From Cyanophora paradoxa CCMP329 (lineage: Eukaryota; Plantae; Glaucophyta): a stretch of 64,000 nt of DNA. Position 1 is the stretch's first letter. Every line of letters begins with the position of its first letter. The notes under the pieces were generated by a model. It was not told the origin of the DNA, made no database searches, and worked only from the letters and a program-made list of their open reading frames with translations. This document shows, piece by piece, positions 15,795 through 28,600 of the stretch. The stretch lies in the NCBI GenBank assembly GCA_004431415.1, contig QPMI01000709.1:62001-126000 (forward strand), read 5' to 3'. The position numbers and the translations under genes are program-made.

Positions 15795-16346
15795 ATGCTC
15801 GCCCCGGCATCTGACGAGGATGTCGCCTCGTTCGTGTCGTCGCTGGAAGACTACACTCCGTTGGTATGCCAAGCAGACAGCACTCTCGTGTTGCCAGAGC
15901 TGAATTAGCGCATTAGATTCCGGACGAGCTGGCCGAGTTCTACCTTCAGAAGACCGGGTTCTCGTCCGCAGACGTTCGAGTGTGCGTCACACGCGCGGTC
16001 TCTTCCTTGCTCCAGCCCGCAGCCCGTGACCCTAGAGCGCAGGAAGCGGCTCGTCGCCCTAGCTGCGCAGAAGTTCATCGCAGACGTAGCAAGCGACTCG
16101 CTGCAGTACTGCAAGTTGCGACAGCAGGCATCAAAAAGCAAGGGCAAGGTATGTTTTAGAGTGGCTCGTGCTATGCGACGTGCTTTCTATTCGCTAAGCG
16201 ACTTCTCACCGCAGGAAAAGCGCCTAGTCCTCACCATGGATGATCTGACACCCGCTTTGCGATCATGCGGTGTCACCGTGCGGAAACCGGCGTATTTCGC
16301 GGACCCGGCGAGCGCGCAGCCAGCTGTGAAGGGTCCTGGCGAATGA
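15795..16346 (+). CDS. TAF10: Transcription initiation factor TFIID subunit 10, 4 exons
   Basis: Spliced: LEDYTPLIPDELAEFYLQKTGFSSADVRVKRLVALAAQKFIADVASDSLQYCK..LVLTMDDLTPALRSCGVTVRKPAYF. Confidence 0.93.
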
Positions 16347-16699
16347 GGCGGCAGCCTGTTTCTTTCTTGTACAGAACACTAGGCGCTAGGCAGATGCGCA
16401 GATGTAGGAGTTGTTGTTTAAACGTAACTGCAGATTCGAATATTTGACCGGCCCTATAGCTTGGCGCCCGGCCTGTAGCTTCTCCGGATCCTCTTTCCCA
16501 TCAGATGGAGCGCCCCTCCACTCGAAGTTCCCCACGGGTAACGCTCTCCTCCCCCACAGGCACAGGTCTCTAGATCTTGTTCAAGTGCGGCTCCGGTTCA
16601 CCGAGGTCTGTGTATATATGTTGTGTAGAAAAAGCAGTTTCGAGTCTTTGCAACCATCGAGGTAAAATATGTACTACAAAAATCTCACATATAGTAGCC

Positions 16700-19600
16700 C
16701 TACTCGTCTAAGTTGGACAATAATGCGACACCTCTCCTAATCCAGTGATCTGGGTGCATGCGTGATGGCAGCTCTACTGTCGTGACGAAGTTCGTTGAAT
16801 GACCAGTTGTTGATAATGTGCCAGCACTGCGACAGGCACATGTAAGAAACAAGTGAAGTTGACAGGAGGCGTTAGAGAAGAGTTATTCGCTCACCGCGTT
16901 GAAATCTTGTAAACTGGGCACGTGTACATGTTGGGTGTCTTGGGGGCATCGAGGGGAACCGGCTCCATCCACATGACTGGCATCGGTGTGAAGAGCTCCC
17001 CAGGCTGGGACTCGTTGATGCAACGCCCGATCTTGTCCCACCTCGCGCCCTCCATGTAGAGACCGTAAATGTAAGTCCCGTTCTCAGGCTGGGAGGTAAC
17101 ACCGTCCCATGGGAAGTCCGTGACCTCAGCCCTGAACGTGAGGGAGTCGATTGGAATCTTTGTCTTCCGAGCATATGTCTGCAATGCTCCGGTCATGAAG
17201 CCCTGCGACCAAGTGTGAAAAACAAGCCCCTGTCAGAACCTGTGTGCTCAGGTACCTGTGGGAAGAAGAAGCCCGAGATCCAGAATGCATTGGGAGGCCC
17301 GTCCTTGAGCCACTTCCGCAAGAACTCAACACGCTCCAGCAGGTCAGAGACCCAAGCTCCCAACGGTTTCAATGAAGGATAGGCGACATTGCTCCACTGG
17401 TGCGGGACCTTCTGGTAGAGCATGTTGTTGAACATCATCTCGAGATCGGCGGACATGACCACAAGCCCCTTGATAGCCCGCTTCAGCTCATCCAGCGATT
17501 TGTCCATCGTTGCAAGCAGCCTGTTGAATTTGGCCATCTCGATAGACAAGAAGGTGCCAAGCGAGTTCATGGCCCCATCACCATCGAGCTCGAATGTCTT
17601 CTCGTGCACGTCCTCCCGGCTCAGCTTTGCCGGCAGTTTGGAGTGGATCTCCTGTGCAAGGTCGGCAACAATCTCGTCTGCAAAGTTCGTGCATCAGCAC
17701 TAAGTGTGCAGCTGACAAGTCAAGCAAGTGGCGCCGACCTGGGCTCTTCCCGCCTGCCGCCTTGCCGGAGACTCGCGGTTGGAGCATGATGATCGTGTTC
17801 ATGGAAGCATGAGTCTCCTTCTTCTGGAAATTGATGTCGGCATTGCGATGGAGTCCGAAGATTTCAGGGTTGTCTGTCATGGGCAGGCCTGCAATGAAGT
17901 CACGGAAAGACTTCAAATCGCCCTCCGGTGGAGCCCTGCTTATGCAGGTTACACAAAGAAGCTGAAAAAAGCAGAGCAGGAGCACGCACCTATAGATGCC
18001 GTCATCTGTGAAGGCATAAGAGTCCGTCAGGATGTCCTCACAGTAGTAGTTGGCGAGAATCGACTTGGCACAGCGCTGGTCCCACATATCGGTGATGCGT
18101 CCTCCGTAGTTCACCTCAGCTGTCACGTAGTTGAGGGTCACGTACGGTACCTCAGCCTGCTCCTCCAGATACATCTTGAGCATCTGGATGGAAACCTGGA
18201 GGTCTGACTGCGTCCACTCGTACGGGATGTTCCAGCCAACTGCCCCGAACTTTCTCCTCTCCATGATGCAGGCATGATAGAACGCCAAACCGAAGAGGAG
18301 CTTTTTCCACTCGCGAGGTTTCGAGCAGGACTCGAAAACAGACTCATCCATATCCAAGAATGTTCGCTGCAAGTTCGCCTTCAGACCCTTGGGGGGCTCG
18401 TTGGTGAGCTTGATGCCGTTCTGGAGAACAGTGACAGGGAACGCTGAACTTGGCATGGACGTCAACCAGAGGCGGAAATCGTCATGAACATCCATCTGCT
18501 GCATCTGCTCAAGCAGCCGGTCCAGTGCTGGCATCCATGAAGCGGCAAGGTGGCAGTTCTGCAGGCAGACCCAGTCCCCATTCTACAAATAGAGTTAGAA
18601 ATGTACAAGGGAATAAAAATTGCAAAAGCAGACCTTGCGCGCGGCTTCGATGAGAGCCTCTGCAATAGGCCCCTGGCCCTGGCCTAGCGATATAATCTTC
18701 AGCCGGTCTCCGTAGGAGCGCTTGGTGGCCAGGTTCAGCAGATAGGTGGTGGGATCTGCGCCAGAGGACAGGACAAAGATGATGGGGGTGCGGTTTGCAG
18801 ATGCATTGTACGACGTCTCCAGATCGAAGGGCGGAAATTCGATGAAGCTTGCACCAAGTGCCCTGCTGACAAAGAGAGGAAGCCCGAAGACCAATTTCTC
18901 TTCCCGCATAACCTTCACAATTTCTCAGGCACATGGCTTGAGAAATATTCGGTTGGAATAGTACCTTCAAGATCAGCAGCTTGGCAAAATCGGAGAGCTT
19001 CTCGTTCCACTGCCCAGGCAACAGGTCTTGGTGCGGAGTGTCACTCTCGTAAAGTGACCGCCACATCTCGTTGTCGTTAATGATGGAGTCAACGAGACCC
19101 CTACGAGAAAATGGGTGAAAAAAACGCTGGGACAATGCATTGAATGAAGCACACTTGAACGAGGGCAGCGTTGACAGGTTCTGAAGCTCTGCCCATACCT
19201 TCGAGGGCAGCCACTTCTCGGATGGATTCGGCCCATGGCTGTGTGCATCAAGGAGGCCCTGCCCCCCTCGAAGGAAGAACGACCACTCATCCGCAGCGAT
19301 GTTTCCAGCTTGCCTGTGAATTTGGACAGCGATCATGAACGAGAACAGCATCTTGTCCTTCTCGAAAAGGCCCCGGCAAATGTTTGCAAAGATGTAATCT
19401 GACAGAATATCAAGAAACGATCTTGGGCAGCAAAAGCGACAACCAGACCTGTCATGAAACTGATCAGGTTTGCCAGACGAGTCTGCAGATCTGTTGATCG
19501 CTCTGCTTTCTCGAGGCACTGATTGAAGAGTTGGGTGAAGTACTGGAGTGAGTACTGGTACATCGGGTCCACAACAGCGAAATCCGCAACAACGAAGTAT

Positions 19601-22600
19601 AGAATGGACCCACGAATGGCAACAGACCTACGGCACAACAATATGAGCATGAGAGAGGAAGTTCGGAGTGAGCAAAACTGACCTGTATCCTTCACGGGCA
19701 ATGTCAATCTCCTTTGCAGTCTTCTCGGCAGCTTCAACTTGCTGGTTGATCTCGGTGGACTTCACCTTGGAGTCTGACAGAGTGTTGATGAGATTGTCAT
19801 CGTCCAGAATATCATCCCCAGCAGCAGCCAGCAGCTGCAAGATCTTATCCTCAATCTCCTTAAGCTGCTTCTGCCCTGATGCAATCTGGACCACAAGCTT
19901 GTCCTTTAATTCTTCCAGATCTGGCCGCTCAGCCTGGATAGAATGAGTGAGAGAGGGATGAAAACCAAATCCAATTGGGCGAAAAAGCAGACCTTGACGA
20001 CATCAACGAGCAACTGATCCTCAAGACCCTTCAGAATGACAGTGAAGTTCACGATTGTTACTTTCACGCAGATTTCCGGAGGGTAGTGAGGGTTCGCGAG
20101 CTTTGTGGTGATGTAGAAGCGGAAGTCAGGGCTGTAATCTACATCTGAATCGCCAAGGCGAATGAGCAGACGCCCAGCCTGCTTGAAGACCTGCTTGAGC
20201 AGGATTGGCTCCAGAGCAGGGTCAAGATGCTCCCCAACGTTCTCCAACAGAATTGGGGTGCCAACTCGGACACAATTCTCAATGGTGCGCATGTAAGTCG
20301 AATCGCTCAGCTTGATGACCTGCAGATTGTTTGCACGCTCCATGTTCTTGATCCAGCGGTTGGCCTGGCCTTGAGGGTCAATCATCAGTGGCCAGCGCCG
20401 GCCACGGGTCACAAAGATGGCGTTCTCAACCGACAGCGAGTCAGCTGGCAAGCCCTGGATGTTCCAGTCACGAATCTGAACAGGTTCTCCCAGAGTGCGC
20501 TCCACTGTGAAGTTCGGGTCAACAGGGATTCCGAGCTTGTTGCACTCCGCTTTCCACTGCTCCTCCAGCTGCTTCCGGAATGTTGCTGTGAAGGGCCCAA
20601 CGTATGCCACACAGCCGGCTGCAAGCAAAATGTTGCCCACAAGATTGTCACGGTCCTGCAAAAAAGTATTATGAACTCTGCAATCACATGGAGAATGGAT
20701 AGGCGGACCGTCTCATAAGCGATTGCAGTCGATGTCCACCGAGCCTCCTCTCCCCCAAGCCCAGAGATGAGCTTTTCAGCCCGCTCCAATCGAAGTACTG
20801 TGAGCTGCTTCTGGTGCTCCAGTTCATCACGTTTCTTGAGCGACCTTTCGTACTTCTCCTGCAGCATTGCCACTTTCGCCTCGACATCTGCAAGCTTCTG
20901 TCGCTTCTCTTCGAGAAGTTGCTGCATCTGCTTGAGACTGGATTCCGCCTGGGCGAGCTTGGCCCGTTTCGGTTCAACCGACTTGGCCACCCTTGCATAG
21001 GTGTTCATTGCAAGAACCCACTGGCAAAGAGATTTGGCCGCCTTCGACACCTTCTCTACCGTCTGCACCACATGTCAGAAAAGTTGACCTCGAAAGAATA
21101 GGATTACAACACGTACAGCTGGCTGGAACTCGGGGTTTGTGACATATTTCTTCAGCTTCTGGACAATCGCCTCTGAAATGTTGTCCTTGTCGTAATTCTC
21201 AAGCGACTGGAGGAAATTCGTGTCAGAGAGCAGCTTCTTGGACTCGTCCCATGTAGGCTTGACGCCCTTCAAGATGCAGACGGCCTCCATGACAGTCATG
21301 ACGAGAGGTGGTGGCTTTGCGAACGACTTCACTTCTGTAATGTCGTTCTTGTTGAGCGACTTGAGGGCTTTGACAGCTGAATAGAATGCTGGCAGGGCCT
21401 CATCGAGATCCGCTTGTGCATCTGACCGAATGGCTTCCGCCTCTTCAGTAGCTGCTGCGACCTTGACAGTCTCTTCTTCCACATTCGCCTTCACTTCGTC
21501 AGCCGCCTTCTGATCGGCTGCCACCTCCACAAGCAGATTTGCAGTTGCCTGAGCAGACTCCTCCAGAACGGGCTGAAGCTCCTTGAGCTCCTCTCGCAGC
21601 CGGTCGACGATGATCTTTGCTTTGGCAATCTTATCCAAGCCACCCCGCAGCCGCACAATCTTGCCAGCAAGGACCCCCCGCTGCTCTTGTAGCATCTGAA
21701 CATAGAGGTTGATGAGCTCTAGGTAACTTGTGGGCGTCGTGTAGTTGTGACGGCGCAGCTCCTCGTAAAACCGCCGAGAGGCTTCTTTCACAGAGAAGTG
21801 GATCATGACACACAGCCTGCACACTTTGTCCGTCACCTGTGCTGGGTTTAGGGAAGGATTATGTCAGGACTCCTCAGGCACAGGATATTCACCTCAGCGC
21901 CACCCAGGTCAACAGTTCCAAGGAACCGCATTGCAACGGAGTACAAGGCCTCCTCAGGCCAGGCACTGAACCAGTCGATTGTGCAGCAGTTCACTAGTGA
22001 TGGGAACATACGAAGACGGTTCCGGAACTTGTCTCCAATGGGGCTCATAGTCAGAACGACATGCAGATTCTCGCGGACCAGCTGGACAAAGTGGGCATAG
22101 ACTACATCTTTCGCCTCCGATTTCCCTGCAGCCTTGGCGAGTGGCCTAACCATGTTGATGATCCGGTCCATCTCATCACGGGGGAAGAGATTCGGAACTT
22201 CGCCAGCATTGAGAACATTGTTGATGTCCTCCAAGAATGACTCCTTCACGATCTGGGTGTCGGAGAAGAGGAACACAACCTAACAGATTGATGTTTTCAG
22301 ATCAGGGCAAGATGTGCAAGATTGTGGGTCGGACCTGTTTGTTCTCGGCCCCAGACATAAACAACACCTTCTTCAGGTCTTCCCGAAACTCGTTCATTCC
22401 GTAGTGGCGGGTCAGCTCGATCTGGAAACACTTGTAGTCCGACATATGAGCAGCAAGCCGTGTCAAAGACTGGCGTCCAGATCCTCCAACGCCAACCAGC
22501 AAAGCATTGCCTCTCGGTTGCCGAATTATACGGGAGATGCGAGAAATGTGCTCAATGGCATCGCGGAAAAAGACAAGATTCATGGTCTTGTTGTATGTGA

Positions 22601-25600
22601 CAGTGTAATCCTGTGACGGGGTTGGTTTGCAAGCAAAATGACATTTGAATTGACAGAGTCACACCTCGAGATACTCTGCGAGAAGTTTGGACAATGCCTC
22701 AATGTCTGTCACCATCTTGTACTCCTTCTCTTCTCGTGTGAGGTAGTCACCAAACAGGAGACCTTGGAAAGACATGACATCCCACTCAAGCTGCATCCCC
22801 AAGTCAAACGAAGAGCCCATCTTGTCAACAAGAAGACGAACCTCGAAGTTCTGCTGGAGAAGTTCCTTAATGAGGTTGTCAAACCAGCTCTTATCCGTGT
22901 CATCAATGAGACGGTCCTGGAAGACACGTGCACACTCATGACACCAGAGCTTAACGAGGGTTGTCCCCTCGTCAATGTTCTTTGGCATAACCTGAAGGAT
23001 ACCCTGGAATACTTTGGAGAGGTCACGGAGATTGAAGGTGTAGTGCGACTTCGAGGGCGTTGGGAGCAGCTCCGAAGCGATACGGCAATAAACAGCAACC
23101 GAAGCATCAACAATGGGCTTCCCGTACTTCATCAGCTCAGAGGAAAATCCATCAGACAGGAATCCACTGATGATGCACTCAAAGATGCGCTTCATGGATG
23201 CCACTGAGAGATCGGGCATGTTGATGAGGTGGAAATGCCTCACAAGCCGAGGGGTGAGGTTGTTGCGGCCTCCACCAGGCGGAGCACATCCAGCAAGGAA
23301 CTGCGTGTCTGCGATGTTCTTGAAGAAGAGTTTCTTGCGATCATAGAAGCCACCATGCCCGATCGCCTGCCGCAAAAGCTCGATGGGAGGCTGCGCCCCA
23401 TATTTCTGCCGAGAAAAACGTTAGGGTACAACCCTTCAGATGCAGACAAAGCCAGCACCTCCAAGAGAGGCATGTTCAGGTCATCCAGGAAGAAGACCAT
23501 GCGTTTGCCAGAGATTGGGCCAAGTAAATTCTTTCTCCTCTTTTCGAGCTTATCCTCCATGAAGTCTTGTATGTTCCTGGGCCATTGTCAGTCGACAAAG
23601 AAATTGGAGGACAACAATCAGGCAGAAGCACTTGGAGCTGGTCTGAGCACTCAAGGTCGTCTGTGCAAACACCCATGACTCCTTGGACAGGCCGTTCAAG
23701 AAGTCCTGGAGCACGACAGTCTTGCCAACTCCGGAGGAACCCGTGATGAGTGCATTGAATCCCCCCGAGACCAGCTTGGACACAACATAAGCAACCCGGG
23801 TGGTGTCCTCCGTGTGCACAAGCATGTTGAAGTAGGGTGTGCCAGATTCATACTTGAAATCAGGGACCCGAGTTGCCCACGGAATGAACTTCTTGGTCTC
23901 CATGTCGACACAGTAGTCATACACCGAGCCTTCCTCGGGGAAGTCTGACGTCAGGGCTGATGGAGGATTTGTTAGTGATGCCAAAAACGAAGCGACACAC
24001 AAAACGAACACACCATTGATGAGTGGACGAGCAAAGCGGTCAAATTTCTCGCGGCTGACATCATGAACGTTTGCTCCAATTGACCAGATGTACGCAAAAA
24101 CGAAGTACAGCTTCAAGGTGCTCGTGAGCTCCATCATAGCTCCAGGTGAGTTGTCCCGAACTTGCTGCTTTTCACCCCCAACCATCTCAGTAATGGTTGG
24201 GACCGAGACACCAAGCTCAGGCCGCAGCAGCACATCCAGGAGGTTGCAGAAGCCAACAACTAACGAGATGTCCATGGAGGGGATGTTCTCCCGGCACTCG
24301 TGACGAATAAAAGCAATCGATGGGTCCACCACTGTTTCAAGCCACTTCAGCAACTGTGTCGAGACGCCCTGAAGTCGAGGCTCGATGATGGTGTCACCCC
24401 ACGTCTTGGCCAAGGCCCTCCAAGGAAGATGCACAGGCTCCATGTACACCATACCACATCTGCTCACAGTTGCAGGGCTCGCAACTGCTAAGTCATTCAC
24501 CTCAAACAACATTGAGACGGTCTTTGGCAGCTGCAAGGACCAGTGAGGCAGGAAGGGCAACTTTGAGTCAAACCAAGGGCACCTTGATACGTTCACCATT
24601 TGCCAGACAAAGAGTCTTGTTGTCATCGAGCACAGTGTTCATGTTCTCGATCCAAAGCGCATCCACTGGACCATCAAAGACAACCCACTTCTTGTCAGGA
24701 AGCTCATCCGCAACACATTGTCGAACGAGGCTAGCAATGAGACCATCAGTCCACTCGTTTGAGACGAGATTGAATTCACCTAAAGAAAAAAATCAGCATG
24801 CAAAATCAATGATGTTTTGGGGGAGATGTACCATACAACTCCCCCATGGTGATCGACTTGGGGTTCAAAGTATACCTGTGAACAGCTTGGTGATTGGCAT
24901 CTGAGCTGCCATCCTTGCAGAGTTGCGTCATGGCATCAGCCAATGTGGTCACAACCGTTGACTTGCCAGTGGACGTCACGCCGACCATCATGACTCCGTG
25001 CCTGACCTGCATTGTCTCGTACAGCTGGATAGTCTTTGTGACGATCGACTTCTCCACCTGCAACTTCTTCTTCGACAGCTGATTCTCGATGGCGTGCTGG
25101 AGATCTCCGTAATCGATGTTGGGAATGGTGACTCCAGGAAACAGGTCACGAATGATGGCGAAGAAGAGAGGCACGTCATCAGCAAGGAATTTCGGAACAT
25201 TGGAGTCCCGAAGTGCCCGGATGAGCACAATATCCTCACTTGTGTCGGGGAAAGATCGCTTGAGGGATCCCGCCATAACCAGGACAGACTTCACAGCACG
25301 CATGCCGAAGTCATAATGGTCTTGAGAAGAGAGCTGCTCTGAAGAAAGCTGCACACGGCGTTCAGGAGCAGGCAGCTGCTTTAGGAACACTGATATGCAC
25401 ACACCTTGTAGAGCTGCGTCATCTTTCGGGCGAGGTTCTTTGCATCCGTGAAACCCTCGGAGAACAACATAATCTCCGCAATCAGGGCGTAGTCAGGAAC
25501 CATCATAGCCACAGGTCGGAACAGGGCCTTCAAATTGTCTGGCAGCTCTGTGCGCCCAGCATAGCCAGGGTTCATGGTGATGAAGCAGCCATAATTCGGG

Positions 25601-28600
25601 TTCAGAGAAATCTCGCGGCCCTCGAAAATGAACCTGCAAAGTGTGAATATTCTTGATGACATAATCATTTTGAAAACGCTCACCTCTCTGCATGGGCGAC
25701 AAGCGCCTGCTGGATGCACAGGCACTGCTGGGCAATGACAGAGAGCACCTCGATGTCAATCCGATTGAACTCGTCAAAGCACGCCCAAGCACCAGCTTGA
25801 GACAGTCCAGCAAAGAAGCGACCCATCATTTTGTAGTCCAAGCCATCCGAGCAGTTGAAGACAACACATTGACGTGCCAAGGCCTTCCCCAGGTCCTTTG
25901 TTGTCTCAGTCTTGCCTGTTCCAGCAGGACCAGCAGGTGCACCTCCAAGCATGACGTGCAGGGCACCAGTAAGTGTCATGTAGCACTTGTCAGTCAGAGG
26001 AGTAATGACAAGACGAGGCTGGTTCCCAAGGTACTCATAGCCATAGAGGAAGCTTGCGTTTGTCTGGCGGACGACACAGTTATCGACATCCTCTTCCCAG
26101 TAGTACCTGCAAAATCATCATCAAATTCAGAGAGGTAGAGAGAAATAAGATAGCCACAGCAGCAAGATACTGACCGGAGCTGCCTAATCCAGTCAAAGTC
26201 AGTGACAGCCTCACAGTTGGCCTTGATCAGGATGTCCAACACATCACGGGCATGCACATCAATGACAATGAGGGAGCCCATGCACGAACGCTCAAGAGGC
26301 GTCAGTTGCCCTCGGACCAGAGCCACCATACGCTCAAGCTGCAACCAAGATGAGGGGCAGCAAACACCAATCCAGAAAACATTCGGCTCACCTGAGAGAT
26401 GCAGAATTTCTTGTACTCGTGCATGGCCATCTTGTTCGAGGCCGACTGGATCTGCTCGAGCGCAACCTCCACATTGTGCGTCCAAACAATTTGGTCCACT
26501 GTGAGGACCATTTGTGATGGCCAATCAAAGAACCACTGCTCGCGAGTCTCCTCCGAGTAAGTCTGCAGTTCGCAAGAGAAAGTCAAAAACCAAAGCAAGG
26601 ACAATTCGGACAGGCGGGGTATAAAAAGAACCTTGAGGGCAGCCTTGGTCTTGTCATAGAGCGTTGATTTCATCATTGCCTCGATTTCCAGCAGCCAGTT
26701 TTCGACAGGGCCCCGTGGATACACGACATTGCTGAATTCAACACGCTCCTTCTCCGCAGAGTACATCGCTGTGATCTTTGCCGAATTTCGATTAAGGAAA
26801 AGCTGAGGAGCAACTTCCAAAAAAATGGCTTACTTCGACCTCGTCTCCACCCTCCTCAAAGTCGAGCATGAGAATATTGTCGAAGCACTTGCGCAGATGT
26901 GGCTGGACTGCCTTTGGCTCGCGCGTCTGAGAGAGGATCTCCAGAAGCTCATCGTTCGAGAGGAAATAGAAACGTGGGAAAGCAACACGCTTCGTCTCAA
27001 GATACTCCTCAAGTGACTTCTGGACTTCCTCCAAAAGACGGTTGCTCTCCACAAGATTGTCGAGTACACCCTGCACTTCTTTCAGGGGACTCCATTCAAA
27101 AAGCATGGAAAAGTGTACTCACGGGCGAGCACGAGATGTTAATGACGTTGGGATTGTCATGGGTCTTCCTCATGAGCTCCTTCCAGAAATTATCCACCTG
27201 TATAACAATAAATTCGCAGTTGACTGAGAAACAATTTCCGTGATATTCACGAGAAATACCTTCATGAACTTCGCAGTTTCTGCTGGCAACTGCTTCTGAA
27301 TGTCAGGCTGGCCAAAGATGCTCTCCAAGTACATCCAGTTGCGCTGGCACTGAAGCCATTCATCCAGGCACTCAGATAGGGTGGAAAGCTTCTTATCCCA
27401 CGTGTCTAGTGGCGTGTTAGCTGGTTTACAAGGCAAGAAATGCAGAGCACACCGATCTCCTCACGGATGCCAACAACGAAGCGGGAAGCCATCATGGTCT
27501 GAAGTGTCACCTGGTTGTCCTCAAGAAGCGTGGAAACCTCGTCGACGCCACCCAAGATGAAGACGTCCTTGGAGTCACGATGGCCCAGAGTTGTAAACTC
27601 CATCGTCGCCCAGGCTGTCTTAATCTTCTCCAACGTGATTTCAAGACCGTATTCGCCAGATGCAACACCAGAAATCTCCGAGATAAGTTCGCGGTGATCA
27701 AAGATGTTGTACCTAATGAGCTGATCCAGTGTGAACGACATTCCCTGGAAGTAGGTTTGGCCAAGCACGCGGAAGATCTTCTCCCAATGCCGAGACTTCA
27801 AAGCCTTGTTGCCCAGCTCCAGAACCATGGGCATCCAGGCCTTCCAAACCTCGACTGAATCCTGTTCTTGGACTCAGTGCATGACACACACAAACAAAAT
27901 AGTGGTTGACCTTGAGCCGCTTCGCGACTTCGTCATCCTCTTTTCTCTTCCACATGCGGAAGGCATTCTTGTAACATGTTTGGACCTCGGTGCTCATTTC
28001 ATCGACATTCAGCTTGGAAAAGTCAGATGACCGCCACGTCCTGTCCATGCCCTCCCACCTCTGGATGGTCTCCCACAGCTCCTTCCGTGCATCGAACTGT
28101 TGCAGAGTAGTGTGCAGGTTGCCAAACTCGTACGCAGAGAGCTGCAGAGGAATCAGACTTGCTGTCAGACAGCAGCAAAACAACAAGGATCACATTGAAG
28201 AGCTTCTGATAATTCTGGAATGTGTTGCCCTTCTCTGCCATCTGGTCGATTGAGTCTTTGAGCTGAGCCAGCTTCTCGAGCACAATCTCAGCATCCGCAT
28301 TCCCATCGACATACTGGAAAAGAGAATGAGAACTGTTCTGTTTCAACCCAAACAACAAAATGCTGCAACGCACGTCGCCAGAATGGAGCTGAGCAAGAGT
28401 CGCCAGGAGGTCATTGTTGAGAGCCTCAATGCCCTTATCAAGAGCCATTGCCATCGACGGCATCTTGCTGTCAACCTGCTGCTGCGCTTGCTCAAGGGCA
28501 TCCTTGAACGCGTCATCTTGCTCGTGCATCGAGTCACGCTTGACTTGATCCTGGCTCGGAACCTTGACTTCGTACTTGGAGAGTAGATCGTACATATCAT